Below are positions 1 to 9,609 of a stretch of DNA of 59,753 bases, one piece after another. Origin of the DNA: a virus (Duplodnaviria > Caudoviricetes); the IMG/VR virus record IMGVR_UViG_3300006802_000105, positions 1 through 59,753 of that record. The stretch is one strand, 5' to 3'. Under the pieces are notes generated by a model that saw nothing but the letters and a program-made list of their open reading frames with translations, did not search any database and was not told the DNA's origin. Both the position numbers and the translations under genes were made by a program. Positions within the stretch are counted from its first letter, which is position 1; each line of letters begins with the position of its first letter.

Positions 1-42
1 AACACCCCCCCGTGCCAAAAATAACACCCCTGCAAAAATTTT

Positions 43-51
43 TGGTATATT
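43..51 (+). promoter_or_regulatory. Possible extended -10 promoter (TGgTATATT) for the packaging operon
   Basis: TGnTATATT about 30 nt upstream of the ATG at 82; the same TGcTATATT occurs at 8699-8707. Confidence 0.35.
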
Positions 52-81
52 CGCCGCATCGCCTCTGGCTGCTTAAAATTT

Positions 82-600
82 ATGCAAACTCCCGATATCG
101 ATACCGATATTCCCTATGCGGACTACCCGCCGACGTTTGAAGACCTTCAGGCTCGGGTAAATGCTGCGTTTAACAGCCTCGCGGAGATTGCGGATGAAGT
201 CGAAGTCACCGACGAAGATATTGCCACCGCCCATGCAGTTTTTACGGGCACCCAGCAGCCCACTGCAACCACACTCTCGTCCCCCGGCTCGGTTGTTCAC
301 ATCAAGGCAATCTTGGACGAGTACGACAAAGTCGTTGTGCAGTCAGCCGCCCAACTGCGAACCTACGTCACAAACAAGCTGATCGTCGATTCGACGAATC
401 CAGACCCCCGCATACGGCTCAAGTGCTACGAACTGCTCGGGAAGATTTCCGACGTTGGGCTGTTCACCGACAAGACAGAAGTGACCATGCGTCACAGGCC
501 GACGGAGGAGCTTGAACAGCTACTGCGGGAGCGTCTGATGCGGACCCTTGAAGCGGATGAGGTGGGTACGCCGCCTGAGCAGCCCCTGCTAAATGACTGA
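82..600 (+). CDS. Putative terminase small subunit
   Basis: 172-aa helical protein overlapping the start of the large terminase; C-terminal 'ELLGKISDVGLFTDK' is TerS-like. Confidence 0.65.
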   Translation: MQTPDIDTDIPYADYPPTFEDLQARVNAAFNSLAEIADEVEVTDEDIATAHAVFTGTQQPTATTLSSPGSVVHIKAILDEYDKVVVQSAAQLRTYVTNKLIVDSTNPDPRIRLKCYELLGKISDVGLFTDKTEVTMRHRPTEELEQLLRERLMRTLEADEVGTPPEQPLLND

Positions 601-2155
601 AGCTGAAGAGGTCAAGCGGCTGCTTGCCAATATCAAGACCATGTCCCATGAGGAGATGGCGAATACGTTGGCGCTGCTGGATGAGTTGGAAGAGCGCAAG
701 CGCACTAATCTGGCGCGGATAGACTTTCTGGCGTTTATTGCAGCCGTAGACCAGAACTACAAGTTTGGAGTTCACCTGAAGCGGCTCGGTGCATTGCTTA
801 TGCAGGTAGAGAGCGGGGTAAAAGACCGGATTGCCGTGTCTATGGCCCCCCGGTTTGGCAAGAGCCAGATGATTTCTATCTATTACCCTGCATGGTATTT
901 AGGCAACCACCCCGACCATAAGATGATTGTGGCCTCCCATACGGTTGATCTTGCCGTGGATATGGCTCGTAAGGTGCGAAACCTGATGCAGACAGCCGAG
1001 TACAAGGCGATTTTCCCCGGAGTAGCCATTGCAGCCGACGCAAAAGCCGCAGGAAAGTGGAATACGACCAAGGGCGGCGAGGTTTACGCCACTGGTGTGG
1101 GTGGTGCATTGGCTGGACGGGGTGCGCATTTGATCGTTGTGGACGATCCGCTGTCGGAACAGGACATAAAAAGCGGGAATACGACCTCTCTCGACGGTGT
1201 TTATGAGTGGTTCCGTGCAGGTTTGCGGACTCGTCTGATGCCGGGAGGGAAAATCTGCATTTTGCACACGCGCTGGCACCAGCGAGACCTGATTGGGCGG
1301 CTGCTGAAGGACGGAAGTCTGAACGAAGACGGTGATCAGTACGAAATGTTCGAGTTTCCGGCCATTATTGAGCGTGCAAACCCCGCAGCGGACCCAAAAG
1401 ACGCCAATTTTGACCCTGACGCCCCCGCAATTCTCCAAAAATCGTTGTGGCCGGAGCAGTGGAGCTTGGAGTCCCTGTTGCGAACCAAGGCGAGTATGCC
1501 TGCGTGGCAATGGAACGCCCAGTACCAGCAAAATCCCACGGCCCAAGAAGCTGCAATCATCAAACGGGACAATATAAAGTGGTGGCCGAAGGAAAACCCG
1601 CCATCCGTGGACTTTATTGTGCAGTCCTACGACACGGCGCTGACGACCAAGGAGCGGTCTGACTATTCGGTGTGCCAGACATGGGGTGTGTGGAAGAATG
1701 AGGACGGGGTTGACAACGTCATTTTGCTCAACCGGGTCAAGGGTAAGTGGGAATTTCCGGAGTTGAAGAAGATGGCCTTGCAGCAGTCGCAGGATTGGAA
1801 CCCGGATAGCTGCATTGTGGAGGCGAAGGCCAGCGGCCAGCCACTGATTGACGAGATGCGCCGCTCGGGGTTGTTTGTGCAGGACTACAGCCCGGGGAAG
1901 GGGCAGGACAAGATTGCCCGTATGAACTCGGTGAGTGATATGTTTATGACGGGACAGGTATGGTTCCCAGAGACTGGGTGGGCGGCTGAGGTGGTCGAAG
2001 AGATACTGGCGTTCCCATCCGGGGAGCATGACGACGATGTTGACGCCATGACGCTGGCGCTGATCCGCATTCGTAAGGGCGGTCTGTTGCGGTTGAACAC
2101 CGACCACGAGGATAATACAGGCCACCACCTGCCACGCAAGGCAGCATACTACTAG
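593..2155 (+). CDS. terL: Terminase large subunit
   Basis: Walker A-like MAPRFGKS, Walker B LIVVDDP, 'TRWH' coupling motif, RNase H-like nuclease domain (QSYDTA...HDDDVDA). Confidence 0.95.
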   Translation: MTEAEEVKRLLANIKTMSHEEMANTLALLDELEERKRTNLARIDFLAFIAAVDQNYKFGVHLKRLGALLMQVESGVKDRIAVSMAPRFGKSQMISIYYPAWYLGNHPDHKMIVASHTVDLAVDMARKVRNLMQTAEYKAIFPGVAIAADAKAAGKWNTTKGGEVYATGVGGALAGRGAHLIVVDDPLSEQDIKSGNTTSLDGVYEWFRAGLRTRLMPGGKICILHTRWHQRDLIGRLLKDGSLNEDGDQYEMFEFPAIIERANPAADPKDANFDPDAPAILQKSLWPEQWSLESLLRTKASMPAWQWNAQYQQNPTAQEAAIIKRDNIKWWPKENPPSVDFIVQSYDTALTTKERSDYSVCQTWGVWKNEDGVDNVILLNRVKGKWEFPELKKMALQQSQDWNPDSCIVEAKASGQPLIDEMRRSGLFVQDYSPGKGQDKIARMNSVSDMFMTGQVWFPETGWAAEVVEEILAFPSGEHDDDVDAMTLALIRIRKGGLLRLNTDHEDNTGHHLPRKAAYY

Positions 2156-2162
2156 ACAACAC

Positions 2163-2429
2163 ATGGGAACACAGAAGCATACGGGTGCGAATGAGTTGAT
2201 TGACCGACTGGCTACTCAGGTTGGGAGCCGGGATTTGGCTATTGGTTTGCTGCGTAAGCGCGGGCAGATGGAGCAGGATTCGGAAACCCTTACTGAGGCT
2301 GGGCGGGCACGCAACGCCATGACAGCCAGTGAGCGGGCAAAAGATAGGGCTGCGAAACTCTCCGGCAGGCCCGCAAGCCAGTATAGCTACAACGTGAAAA
2401 CTAACCGCGCGACGCTGAAGCGGCGCTAA
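2163..2429 (+). CDS. Hypothetical basic protein between terL and portal
   Basis: 88-aa ORF that fills the gap exactly. Confidence 0.6.
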   Translation: MGTQKHTGANELIDRLATQVGSRDLAIGLLRKRGQMEQDSETLTEAGRARNAMTASERAKDRAAKLSGRPASQYSYNVKTNRATLKRR

Positions 2430-2445
2430 TGTCTAAAGGATTCCT

Positions 2446-5031
2446 ATGGCAACGAACAGCATGTCCCCGTCTCTTTACGCGGCTCCTTTGGGGCTTGACT
2501 CCATCGTACCGGACAAGTTCGACACTGGCGAAGGGCCTGCTGCGCTTGAAATAGAGATCGAGAACCCGGATCAGGTGACGCTGTCTGACGGGAGTGTGGA
2601 GGTTACGCTGATCCCCGACGCGGAGGAAGGCGAGTCATTCGACTCGAACCTTGCGGAGTACATGGAGGAGAAAGACCTCGCCATGCTGTCCTCCGAGCTA
2701 ATCGCACTCGTAGATGCGGACATCGCGTCGCGCAAAGACTGGGTAGATGCCTACGTCAAGGGCTTGGAAGTGCTGGGCATGAAGTACGACGAGCGTACGG
2801 AGCCTTGGTCAGGGGCCTGCGGGGTGTACAGCACCGTGCTGACGGAAGCGGCCATTCGCTTCCAAGCGGAGATGGCAACGGAGACGTTCCCTGCACAGGG
2901 GCCGGTCAAGACCCAGATTGTTGGTGCCATCGACAAGATGAAGGAAGATGCCGCTGCACGGGTGCAGGAGGACATGAACTACCAGATTCTGGAGAAGATG
3001 CCGGAGTACCGCCCCGAGCATGAGCGCATGTTGTTTAACCTTGGGCTGTCGGGTGCGGCGTTCAAGAAAGTGTACAAAGACCCGTCGCTGGATCGTCAGG
3101 TGTCCGTGTTCGTGCCCGCCGAGGAGATCATCATTCCTTACGGAGCTTCCGACGCCCGGGCAGCAGAGCGAGTTACGCATGTAATGCGCAAGACTCCCAA
3201 CGAAGTACGCAAACTTCAGGTAGCTGGGTTTTACCGGGATGTCGATCTGGGCGACCCCGTGCAGATTTCCACGGATGTGGAGAAGAAGAAAGCCGAGGAG
3301 CAAGGGTATACCCTAACTGATGATGAGCGCTTCCAGCTTCTGGAGATCCACGTTGATTACGACTTGCCGGGGTATGAGGACGACGACGGCATTGCGCTTC
3401 CTTATGTAATCACCATCGAGCGCGGAACGAACGAGGTGCTGGCAATCCGGCGCAACTGGGACGAAGACGACAAGAACCGGATCAAGAACCAGTATTTCGT
3501 GCAGTACACGTACATCCCCGGCTTCGGGCCGTACGGATTGGGGCTGATTAACCTGATTGGTGGCTATGCCCGTGCGGGCACGAGCCTGATCCGTCAGTTG
3601 GTGGACGCGGGGTCGCTGGCTAACCTGCCCGGTGGGTTGAAGTCCAAGGGGCTGCGGATCAAGGGCGACGACACGCCTATCGCTCCGGGGGAGTTCAGGG
3701 ACGTGGATGTGGCCTCTGGGACGGTGCGTGACAACATCATGCCCCTGCCGTACAAGGAGCCTAGCCAGACCCTCTTGGCGCTTCTGAACCAGATCACCGA
3801 CGAAGCCCGCAGGCTGGGTGCCATCTCGGACATGAAGATTAGCGACATGAGCGCTAACGCGCCTGTCGGCACCACGCTGGCGCTCCTTGAGCGCACACTG
3901 AAGACCATGAGTGCCGTGCAGGCTCGGGTCCACGCCTCGATGAAGCAGGAGTTCAAACTTCTGGCGGCAATCATTCGGGATAGCGCCCCTACGGAGTACG
4001 AGTTCGACCCGGCTACGGGCGACCGCAAGGCCAAGCGGGAAGACTACTCGCTGGTGGAGGTTATCCCCGTCAGCGACCCCAACAGTTCCACGATGGCGCA
4101 GCGGATCATGCAGTACCAAGCTGCCATCCAGTTGGCCCAAGGCGCACCGCAGATTTACGACTTGCCGCAGTTGCACCGCCAGATGCTGGAGGTCTTGGGG
4201 ATCAAGAACGCCGCAAAGCTCGTGCCGATTGAAGACGATATGACCCCGCGCGACCCGGTGTCTGAGAACATGGCACTGCTTACCGGCAAACCCGTCAAGG
4301 CGTTTATCTACCAAGATCACGACGCCCACATTGCCGTACACACCGCCCTGATGCAAGACCCGCTCCTGATGGCGCAGATTGGGCAGTCCCCACAGGCGCA
4401 GAAGATGCAAGCGGAGATCATGGCGCACGTCTCTGAGCATCTGGCGTTCGCCTACCGCAAGAAGGTCGAAGAGCAACTTGGCGTGCCACTGCCGCCCCCG
4501 GATGAGGAAATGCCCCCGGCAGTCGAGACCGCGCTGGCGAAAATCGTCGCGCAGGCCGCTCAACAGGTTCTGGCGCAGAGCAAAGGACAGGTTCAGCAAC
4601 AGCAGGCCCAGCAGGCCGCACAAGACCCGTTGGTGCAGATTCAGCAGGCGGAGTTGCAGATCAAGTCTCAGGAAGCCGCTACCAAAGCTAAAAAGGTCGC
4701 GGGCGACCTCGCAGTCAAGCAGGCAGAACTGGCCCTGAAGCAGCAGGAGTTGGCGTCCAAGATTGGCGAAACGCCGGAAATGTTGCAACAACGCCACATG
4801 TTGGAGATGTCCCAGCAGCATGCTCAGATGCAGATGATGCAGGAGAAACACGCCCAAGAGCTACAAATGGCCCAGCAGCAACACCAGCAGGGCATGGCCC
4901 ACGGCGGGCAGGTTCATGGTCAGAAGCTGATGCAGGCCCACCACGCCCACCAGCAGAAGCTATCCCACGCGGAAATGATGGCACAGCGGGCGGCGCAAGC
5001 GGCTGCACAGAAGCCGGAGGCTAAAGAATGA
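2446..5031 (+). CDS. Portal protein with long Q/H-rich C-terminal coiled coil
   Basis: 861 aa following terL; AAGGA RBS; P22-like size; Q-rich helical tail. Confidence 0.88.
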   Translation: MATNSMSPSLYAAPLGLDSIVPDKFDTGEGPAALEIEIENPDQVTLSDGSVEVTLIPDAEEGESFDSNLAEYMEEKDLAMLSSELIALVDADIASRKDWVDAYVKGLEVLGMKYDERTEPWSGACGVYSTVLTEAAIRFQAEMATETFPAQGPVKTQIVGAIDKMKEDAAARVQEDMNYQILEKMPEYRPEHERMLFNLGLSGAAFKKVYKDPSLDRQVSVFVPAEEIIIPYGASDARAAERVTHVMRKTPNEVRKLQVAGFYRDVDLGDPVQISTDVEKKKAEEQGYTLTDDERFQLLEIHVDYDLPGYEDDDGIALPYVITIERGTNEVLAIRRNWDEDDKNRIKNQYFVQYTYIPGFGPYGLGLINLIGGYARAGTSLIRQLVDAGSLANLPGGLKSKGLRIKGDDTPIAPGEFRDVDVASGTVRDNIMPLPYKEPSQTLLALLNQITDEARRLGAISDMKISDMSANAPVGTTLALLERTLKTMSAVQARVHASMKQEFKLLAAIIRDSAPTEYEFDPATGDRKAKREDYSLVEVIPVSDPNSSTMAQRIMQYQAAIQLAQGAPQIYDLPQLHRQMLEVLGIKNAAKLVPIEDDMTPRDPVSENMALLTGKPVKAFIYQDHDAHIAVHTALMQDPLLMAQIGQSPQAQKMQAEIMAHVSEHLAFAYRKKVEEQLGVPLPPPDEEMPPAVETALAKIVAQAAQQVLAQSKGQVQQQQAQQAAQDPLVQIQQAELQIKSQEAATKAKKVAGDLAVKQAELALKQQELASKIGETPEMLQQRHMLEMSQQHAQMQMMQEKHAQELQMAQQQHQQGMAHGGQVHGQKLMQAHHAHQQKLSHAEMMAQRAAQAAAQKPEAKE

Positions 5032-5219
5032 CTGAGCTAGACGCGCTGGAAAAGATGATGAACCTCAATGAGGTTGACATGACAGACGCCCTGAAAAACG
5101 GGCGGTGTAAGGACTTTGGTGAGTACCAGAGGATTTGCGGGGTGTTACACGGTCTTAACCTCGTAAAGATGCACATACAAGACCTGCGACGACGATTGGA
5201 AGCAAATGAAGATGAATGA
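5028..5219 (+). CDS. Hypothetical protein
   Basis: ATGA-coupled to the portal; 63 aa. Confidence 0.65.
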   Translation: MTELDALEKMMNLNEVDMTDALKNGRCKDFGEYQRICGVLHGLNLVKMHIQDLRRRLEANEDE

Positions 5220-5610
5220 GTTTGACGTGAATGCCGTAGACCTTTCGGGGGTACTTGGCAAAACTTCAGAGGAAAAAGCCAGCCAGATTCCGGAGCCTCA
5301 GACGTACCACTTGCTGTGTATGCTGCCTGAAGCTAAAGAGGAATACGAAGGTGGGCTGCTCAAGGCTGGGCAGACGATGATGTACGAGGAGCTTCTCTCC
5401 CCCGTGCTGTTCGTCATGAAGATGGGGCCGGATGCGTTCAAGGACGAGAAGCGATTCCCGTCGGGGCCGTCCTGCAAGGTGGGGGACTTTGTAATCGTTC
5501 GTCCAAACTCCGGTACGCGCATGAAGATTCATGGCCGTGAATTCAGGATCATCAATGATGACTCTGTTGAAGCAACCATCCAAGACCCTCGCGGTGTCCA
5601 GCGTGTTTAA
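5206..5610 (+). CDS. groES: GroES/Cpn10-like co-chaperonin
   Basis: Pattern GGLL...VMKMGPDAF...KVGDFVIV...GTRMKIHGREFRIINDDSVEATI follows the Cpn10 fold. Confidence 0.82.
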   Translation: MKMNEFDVNAVDLSGVLGKTSEEKASQIPEPQTYHLLCMLPEAKEEYEGGLLKAGQTMMYEELLSPVLFVMKMGPDAFKDEKRFPSGPSCKVGDFVIVRPNSGTRMKIHGREFRIINDDSVEATIQDPRGVQRV

Positions 5611-5619
5611 GGAGTAGTC

Positions 5620-6564
5620 ATGGCTGAAATCGAAAAGACCGAGTTTGTATTCCCTGACGAGGCGGAGAAAAAGAATCCGCGCGAGGGCGGTAAGGTAGTT
5701 ACACCCGCCGCCGACACTGAAATCGAGATTGTGGACGATACCCCTGAGAAGGATCGTGGCCGCAAACCAATGGCGGAACCCCCGTCGGACCCCACGGAAG
5801 AAGAGCTTGAGGCGTACTCTGAGAGCGCCAAGAAGCGAATCAAGCACTTTACCAAGGGCTACCACGAAGAACGCCGCGCCAAAGAAGCCGCACTCCGAGA
5901 GAAGGAAGAGGCTGTTCGTGCTGCGCAGGCTATCGCCGAAGAGAACCGCAAGCTCAAAGGCTCCCTGAATGAGGGGCAAAAAGCGCTGTTGGAGCAGGCC
6001 AAGAAGGTAGTTCAGCAGGAGCTTGAGGAGGTTAAGCGCGAATATAAGAATGCATACGAGGCAGGGGATGCAGACGCGCTGGTTGCGGCTCAGGAGAAAA
6101 TGACCGCAGTTAAGATAAAAGCAGACCGTGTAAGTAATTTCCGGCCCGCCCCTGTACAAGAATCTAAACCTGTGGTACAAACACCACAGCCCGCAGCAGT
6201 AGACGAAAAAGCTGCTGCTTGGCAGAGGGAAAATGACTGGTTTGGTTCTGACGACGAGATGACCAGCTTCGCTCTTGGCTTGCACAGCAAGCTAGTAAAA
6301 GAGGGGGTTGACCCACGGTCTGACGAATACTACGAACGGGTTAATTCTCGCGTGCGGCAAGTGTTTCCAGAGAAGTTCGACTCTGAGGAAACCGCTGATG
6401 CTCCTTCTCAGCGCACTAATAAACGGAACGTGGTTGCACCCGCCACAAGGAGTACTGCGCCCAAGAAAGTCGTACTTACCCAAACGCAGGTGAATATCGC
6501 CAAACGGCTTGGAGTTCCTCTGGAACTGTATGCTCGTAAGGTTGCGGAAGAAATGAGGAAGTGA
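5620..6564 (+). CDS. Putative capsid scaffolding protein
   Basis: Acidic N-terminus, long coiled coil, C-terminal 'IAKRLGVPLELYARK'; upstream of the capsid genes; GGAG RBS. Confidence 0.7.
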   Translation: MAEIEKTEFVFPDEAEKKNPREGGKVVTPAADTEIEIVDDTPEKDRGRKPMAEPPSDPTEEELEAYSESAKKRIKHFTKGYHEERRAKEAALREKEEAVRAAQAIAEENRKLKGSLNEGQKALLEQAKKVVQQELEEVKREYKNAYEAGDADALVAAQEKMTAVKIKADRVSNFRPAPVQESKPVVQTPQPAAVDEKAAAWQRENDWFGSDDEMTSFALGLHSKLVKEGVDPRSDEYYERVNSRVRQVFPEKFDSEETADAPSQRTNKRNVVAPATRSTAPKKVVLTQTQVNIAKRLGVPLELYARKVAEEMRK

Positions 6565-7013
6565 ACATGAACGGACCTAAATTGACTCGTGAGAACGAAA
6601 CCCGCGCGAAGCTGGAGCGCCCTGCAAAGTGGATGCCCCCGCAACTGCTGCCCGACCCGCATCCGGAGCCGGGATATGCATTCCGTTGGATTCGTATCAG
6701 CGCACGCGGCGAACCTGATCCCATGAACATCTCCTCGAAAATGCGTGAGGGTTGGGAGCCTGTAAAGGCGTCGGAACACCCCGAGATTCAACTGATGGGC
6801 GCAGGTAAAACCTACCCCGACAGCATCGAGATTGGTGGTCTGCTCCTTTGCAAAACACCCACTGAGTTCACTGAGCAACGCGATGCCTACTACCGGCAGC
6901 AAGCGGACGGTCAGATGAATTCTGTTGACAACAACTTCATGCGTGAAAACGATCCTCGTATGCCGCTCTTCCGTGAGCGTCAGTCCAAGGTTTCGTTTGG
7001 GCGCGGTTCTTAA
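6561..7013 (+). CDS. Head-region hypothetical protein
   Basis: Coupled ORF with 'GYAFRWIR...EGWEPV...GGLLLCK'. Confidence 0.75.
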   Translation: MNMNGPKLTRENETRAKLERPAKWMPPQLLPDPHPEPGYAFRWIRISARGEPDPMNISSKMREGWEPVKASEHPEIQLMGAGKTYPDSIEIGGLLLCKTPTEFTEQRDAYYRQQADGQMNSVDNNFMRENDPRMPLFRERQSKVSFGRGS

Positions 7014-7027
7014 CTTAGGAGCTTTTT

Positions 7028-7633
7028 ATGGCAGCAACTGCTACTCCTTACGGCTTCAAACCCGTAAACCTAGTGGGCGGTCAGCAATACGCTGGCTCTA
7101 CCCGCTCTCTTCTCATCGACCCGGCAGGGTACGCTTCCAACATCTATAACGGATCGTTGGTCTACGTTCACTCCACCGGATATCTGCAACTGGTTACCGC
7201 AACCGGCGCGGACGCTACCACTAACGCATTCCCGGCAGGCACCGCCCTGACTGGTGCGGTTGGCGTGTTCGTTGGCTGCTCGTACATCAACGCGCAAGGG
7301 CAGCAGATTTACGCCCAGTACTACCCCGCTAGTACCACGGGTGTTGTCACTGCGTACGTCGTTGATGATCCGGATGTCATCCTGCAAGTTCAGGCTGACG
7401 GCTCTGTGGCGCAGGCGAAACTTGGCGAAAACGTCTACATGACCTCTGGCGCTATTACTACCGGCTCGACTCAGAACGGTAACTCCACCGCCTCGGTAAA
7501 CGCTACGTCGATTACCACGACCGCTCCCTTCCGTATTGTTGGTTTTGCGTCTACCCCCGGTGATGCCAAGACTGATTTGCTGGTGAAGTGGAACATCGGC
7601 TGGCATTCGTATAACAACGCCGTTGGCTTCTAA
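7028..7633 (+). CDS. Putative capsid decoration/cement protein
   Basis: Beta-rich, A/T/G-rich 201-aa protein just before the major capsid gene; AGGAG RBS. Confidence 0.6.
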   Translation: MAATATPYGFKPVNLVGGQQYAGSTRSLLIDPAGYASNIYNGSLVYVHSTGYLQLVTATGADATTNAFPAGTALTGAVGVFVGCSYINAQGQQIYAQYYPASTTGVVTAYVVDDPDVILQVQADGSVAQAKLGENVYMTSGAITTGSTQNGNSTASVNATSITTTAPFRIVGFASTPGDAKTDLLVKWNIGWHSYNNAVGF

Positions 7634-7643
7634 GGAGTAAATC

Positions 7644-8561
7644 ATGGCAATTTCACGCGCACAGCTACTTAAAGAACTCCTCCCCGGCCTCAACGCGCTG
7701 TTTGGTATGGAGTATGCCCGCTACGGCGAAGAGCATAAGGAAATCTACGAAACCGAAACTTCTGAGCGTTCGTTCGAAGAAGAGACCAAGCTCTCTGGCT
7801 TCTCCGCAGCGCCTGTGAAGAACGAAGGTCAGGCGATTACTTATGACAACGCCCAAGAGGCATGGACCGCTCGGTACGTCCACGAGACTATCGCTATGGG
7901 CTTCTCTATCACCGAAGAGGCGATGGAAGACAACCTGTACGACAGCCTGTCGGCACGCTACACGAAGTCTCTGGCTCGGGCTATGGCATATACCAAGCAG
8001 ATCAAGGCTGCGGCCATCCTGAACACGGGCTTTACCGGCGCAGGCAACCCCACCTACGGCGACGGCAAGGTTCTGTTTGCTACTGACCACCCGCTGGTCA
8101 GCGGCGGCACCAACAGCAACCGTCCTACCACTGGCGCTGACCTGAACGAGACTTCTCTGGAAGCCGCCGTTATTCAGATCGCTGCGTGGACGGATGAGCG
8201 CGGCCTGCTGATCGCAGCCAAGCCCCGTAAGCTGATTGTTCCTCCGGCTCTCCAGTTCGTCGCAACCCGACTGCTGGAAACGTCGCTGCGTGTCGGCACG
8301 ACCGATAACGACATCAACGCGCTGAAGAACAACGGTTCGATCCCCGAAGGCTACACCGTCAACCACTTCTTGACCGATACGAACGCTTGGTTCCTGACCA
8401 CGGATGTTCCGAACGGCCTGAAGCACTTCGTGCGTACGCCTCTGTCCACTTCGATGGACGGGGATTTTGATACTGGCAACCAGCGTTACAAGGCCCGTGA
8501 GCGTTACAGCTTCGGCGTCTCGGACCCGCTGGGTGCCTACGGCTCCCCCGGTTCGTCCTGA
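7644..8561 (+). CDS. Major capsid protein
   Basis: 305 aa, AAGGAG RBS, strongly biased codons, HK97-like elements (PRKLIVPPAL; ERYSFGVSDPLG), followed by a terminator. Confidence 0.88.
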   Translation: MAISRAQLLKELLPGLNALFGMEYARYGEEHKEIYETETSERSFEEETKLSGFSAAPVKNEGQAITYDNAQEAWTARYVHETIAMGFSITEEAMEDNLYDSLSARYTKSLARAMAYTKQIKAAAILNTGFTGAGNPTYGDGKVLFATDHPLVSGGTNSNRPTTGADLNETSLEAAVIQIAAWTDERGLLIAAKPRKLIVPPALQFVATRLLETSLRVGTTDNDINALKNNGSIPEGYTVNHFLTDTNAWFLTTDVPNGLKHFVRTPLSTSMDGDFDTGNQRYKARERYSFGVSDPLGAYGSPGSS

Positions 8562-8582
8562 TTTATCAGGGTTAGCACCTAG

Positions 8583-8613
8583 AAAAGGCTCCTTCGGGGG
8601 CCTTTTTCTTTTT
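8583..8613 (+). terminator. Rho-independent terminator after the capsid gene
   Basis: AAAAGGCTCC-TTCG-GGGGCCTTTT followed by TCTTTTT. Confidence 0.9.
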
Positions 8614-8678
8614 GCCTGTGTCGTAACTCTTGTTTACCGTGTCGAACCACACTACCTGTAACTAAGTCCAATACGCTG

Positions 8679-8707
8679 TTGCCCGTAGGGTGAAAACCTG
8701 CTATATT
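8679..8707 (+). promoter_or_regulatory. Sigma70-like promoter
   Basis: TTGCCC, 17 nt, TATATT, with an extended -10 TG; lies just after the terminator. Confidence 0.6.
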
Positions 8708-8716
8708 GACCCCATT

Positions 8717-8783
8717 CCGGAAATCCGGCGTAGCAAACTGTTCCGGCAGACGACATACCGATTGCTACGCCTAACTTGTATGT
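8717..8783 (+). ncRNA. Candidate structured leader RNA (kissing-loop/pseudoknot topology)
   Basis: Three perfect, interleaved complementary pairs: 8717-22/8741-46, 8727-36/8762-71, 8753-58/8778-83. Confidence 0.5.
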
Positions 8784-8795
8784 AAGGAAAAAATC

Positions 8796-9278
8796 ATGAG
8801 CTTTGCCTCCTTTTCCGGCCCCCTGCGCGTAGGTACGGTGCTGAACAACCCCGGTCGCAATGCTGGCCTTGTGGTTCTCTCTCAATCGTACGACTCTGGC
8901 AATCTGGCGGGCACCACGACGGGTAACTACGACGTAGCCGCAATGATTCTGCCCGCTGGGGCGCAGATCATCAACATCGTAATTGACCAAGTTGTCGCAG
9001 CCACGGTGGGAACGACCACCGTCTCTGTCGGAACCACGTCTGGCGGCGCTGAACTGTCCGCCGCTGTTGCTACCTCGCTTGGCGGGCGTTTTACGGGCAC
9101 CACGACCGCTGCAACGCAGTTGGCATGGCAGACTTCCACTTCGGCGGATACTACCGTCTACATTCGTAACGTAGTGGGCACTGGCACTCTGGGTGCTGGC
9201 CGCTTTATTGTCACGGTCAACTACGCGCAGAAGGCCGTGAGCGGCACGACGGCGATTGCTAACCCGGTCTCTGCTTAA
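8796..9278 (+). CDS. Virion structural protein (beta-rich)
   Basis: T/A/G-rich 160 aa; AAGGA RBS. Confidence 0.75.
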   Translation: MSFASFSGPLRVGTVLNNPGRNAGLVVLSQSYDSGNLAGTTTGNYDVAAMILPAGAQIINIVIDQVVAATVGTTTVSVGTTSGGAELSAAVATSLGGRFTGTTTAATQLAWQTSTSADTTVYIRNVVGTGTLGAGRFIVTVNYAQKAVSGTTAIANPVSA

Positions 9279-9283
9279 TTGAT

Positions 9284-9299
9284 GGGGGCTTCGGCCCCC
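9284..9299 (+). terminator. cUUCGg hairpin (weak terminator or stabilising stem)
   Basis: GGGGGC-TTCG-GCCCCC followed by only TGTTT. Confidence 0.5.
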
Positions 9300-9312
9300 T
9301 GTTTACAGGAGA

Positions 9313-9597
9313 TTGAGCATGATGCAAACCGACGTTAAATCCGGCGCTGCGGCTGCTGGAGCTACGACCACAATTTTTGCCGGACCCACCCGAATCAAGG
9401 GCGTGACGATCAGCTATCCTTCGGGCGGCACGGTTGTTCTGAACGACGGTACGGGCGGCACCGCCGTGTTCTCATTCACAGCCCCTGCTGCGATTGGTGC
9501 GCTAAATATCCTGTTCCCCGGCGAGGGCATCAAGTGCAACACTAACGTATCTGCGGTGTGCGCTGCAAGTACGACGGCTATTGTCTTTTATGGGTGA
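9313..9597 (+). CDS. Small virion structural protein
   Basis: 94 aa, beta-rich; AGGAG RBS. Confidence 0.7.
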   Translation: MSMMQTDVKSGAAAAGATTTIFAGPTRIKGVTISYPSGGTVVLNDGTGGTAVFSFTAPAAIGALNILFPGEGIKCNTNVSAVCAASTTAIVFYG

Positions 9598-9609
9598 GAC
9601 GGAGTAATC

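Noticed and set aside
1-45. AACACCCC direct repeat and C/A runs as a pac site or genome end
   Set aside because: Suggestive position upstream of terS, but too short and truncated by the window edge to support.
899-4857. Long antisense ORFs (899-2164, 3313-4857) and similar ones elsewhere
   Set aside because: Shadows of strongly codon-biased, GC-rich genes with no recognisable motifs, unlike the nested HNH.
8741-8771. Hammerhead ribozyme
   Set aside because: Core is CAGACGA rather than CUGAnGA, there is no GAAA, and the stem topology does not fit; kept only as an unknown structured RNA.
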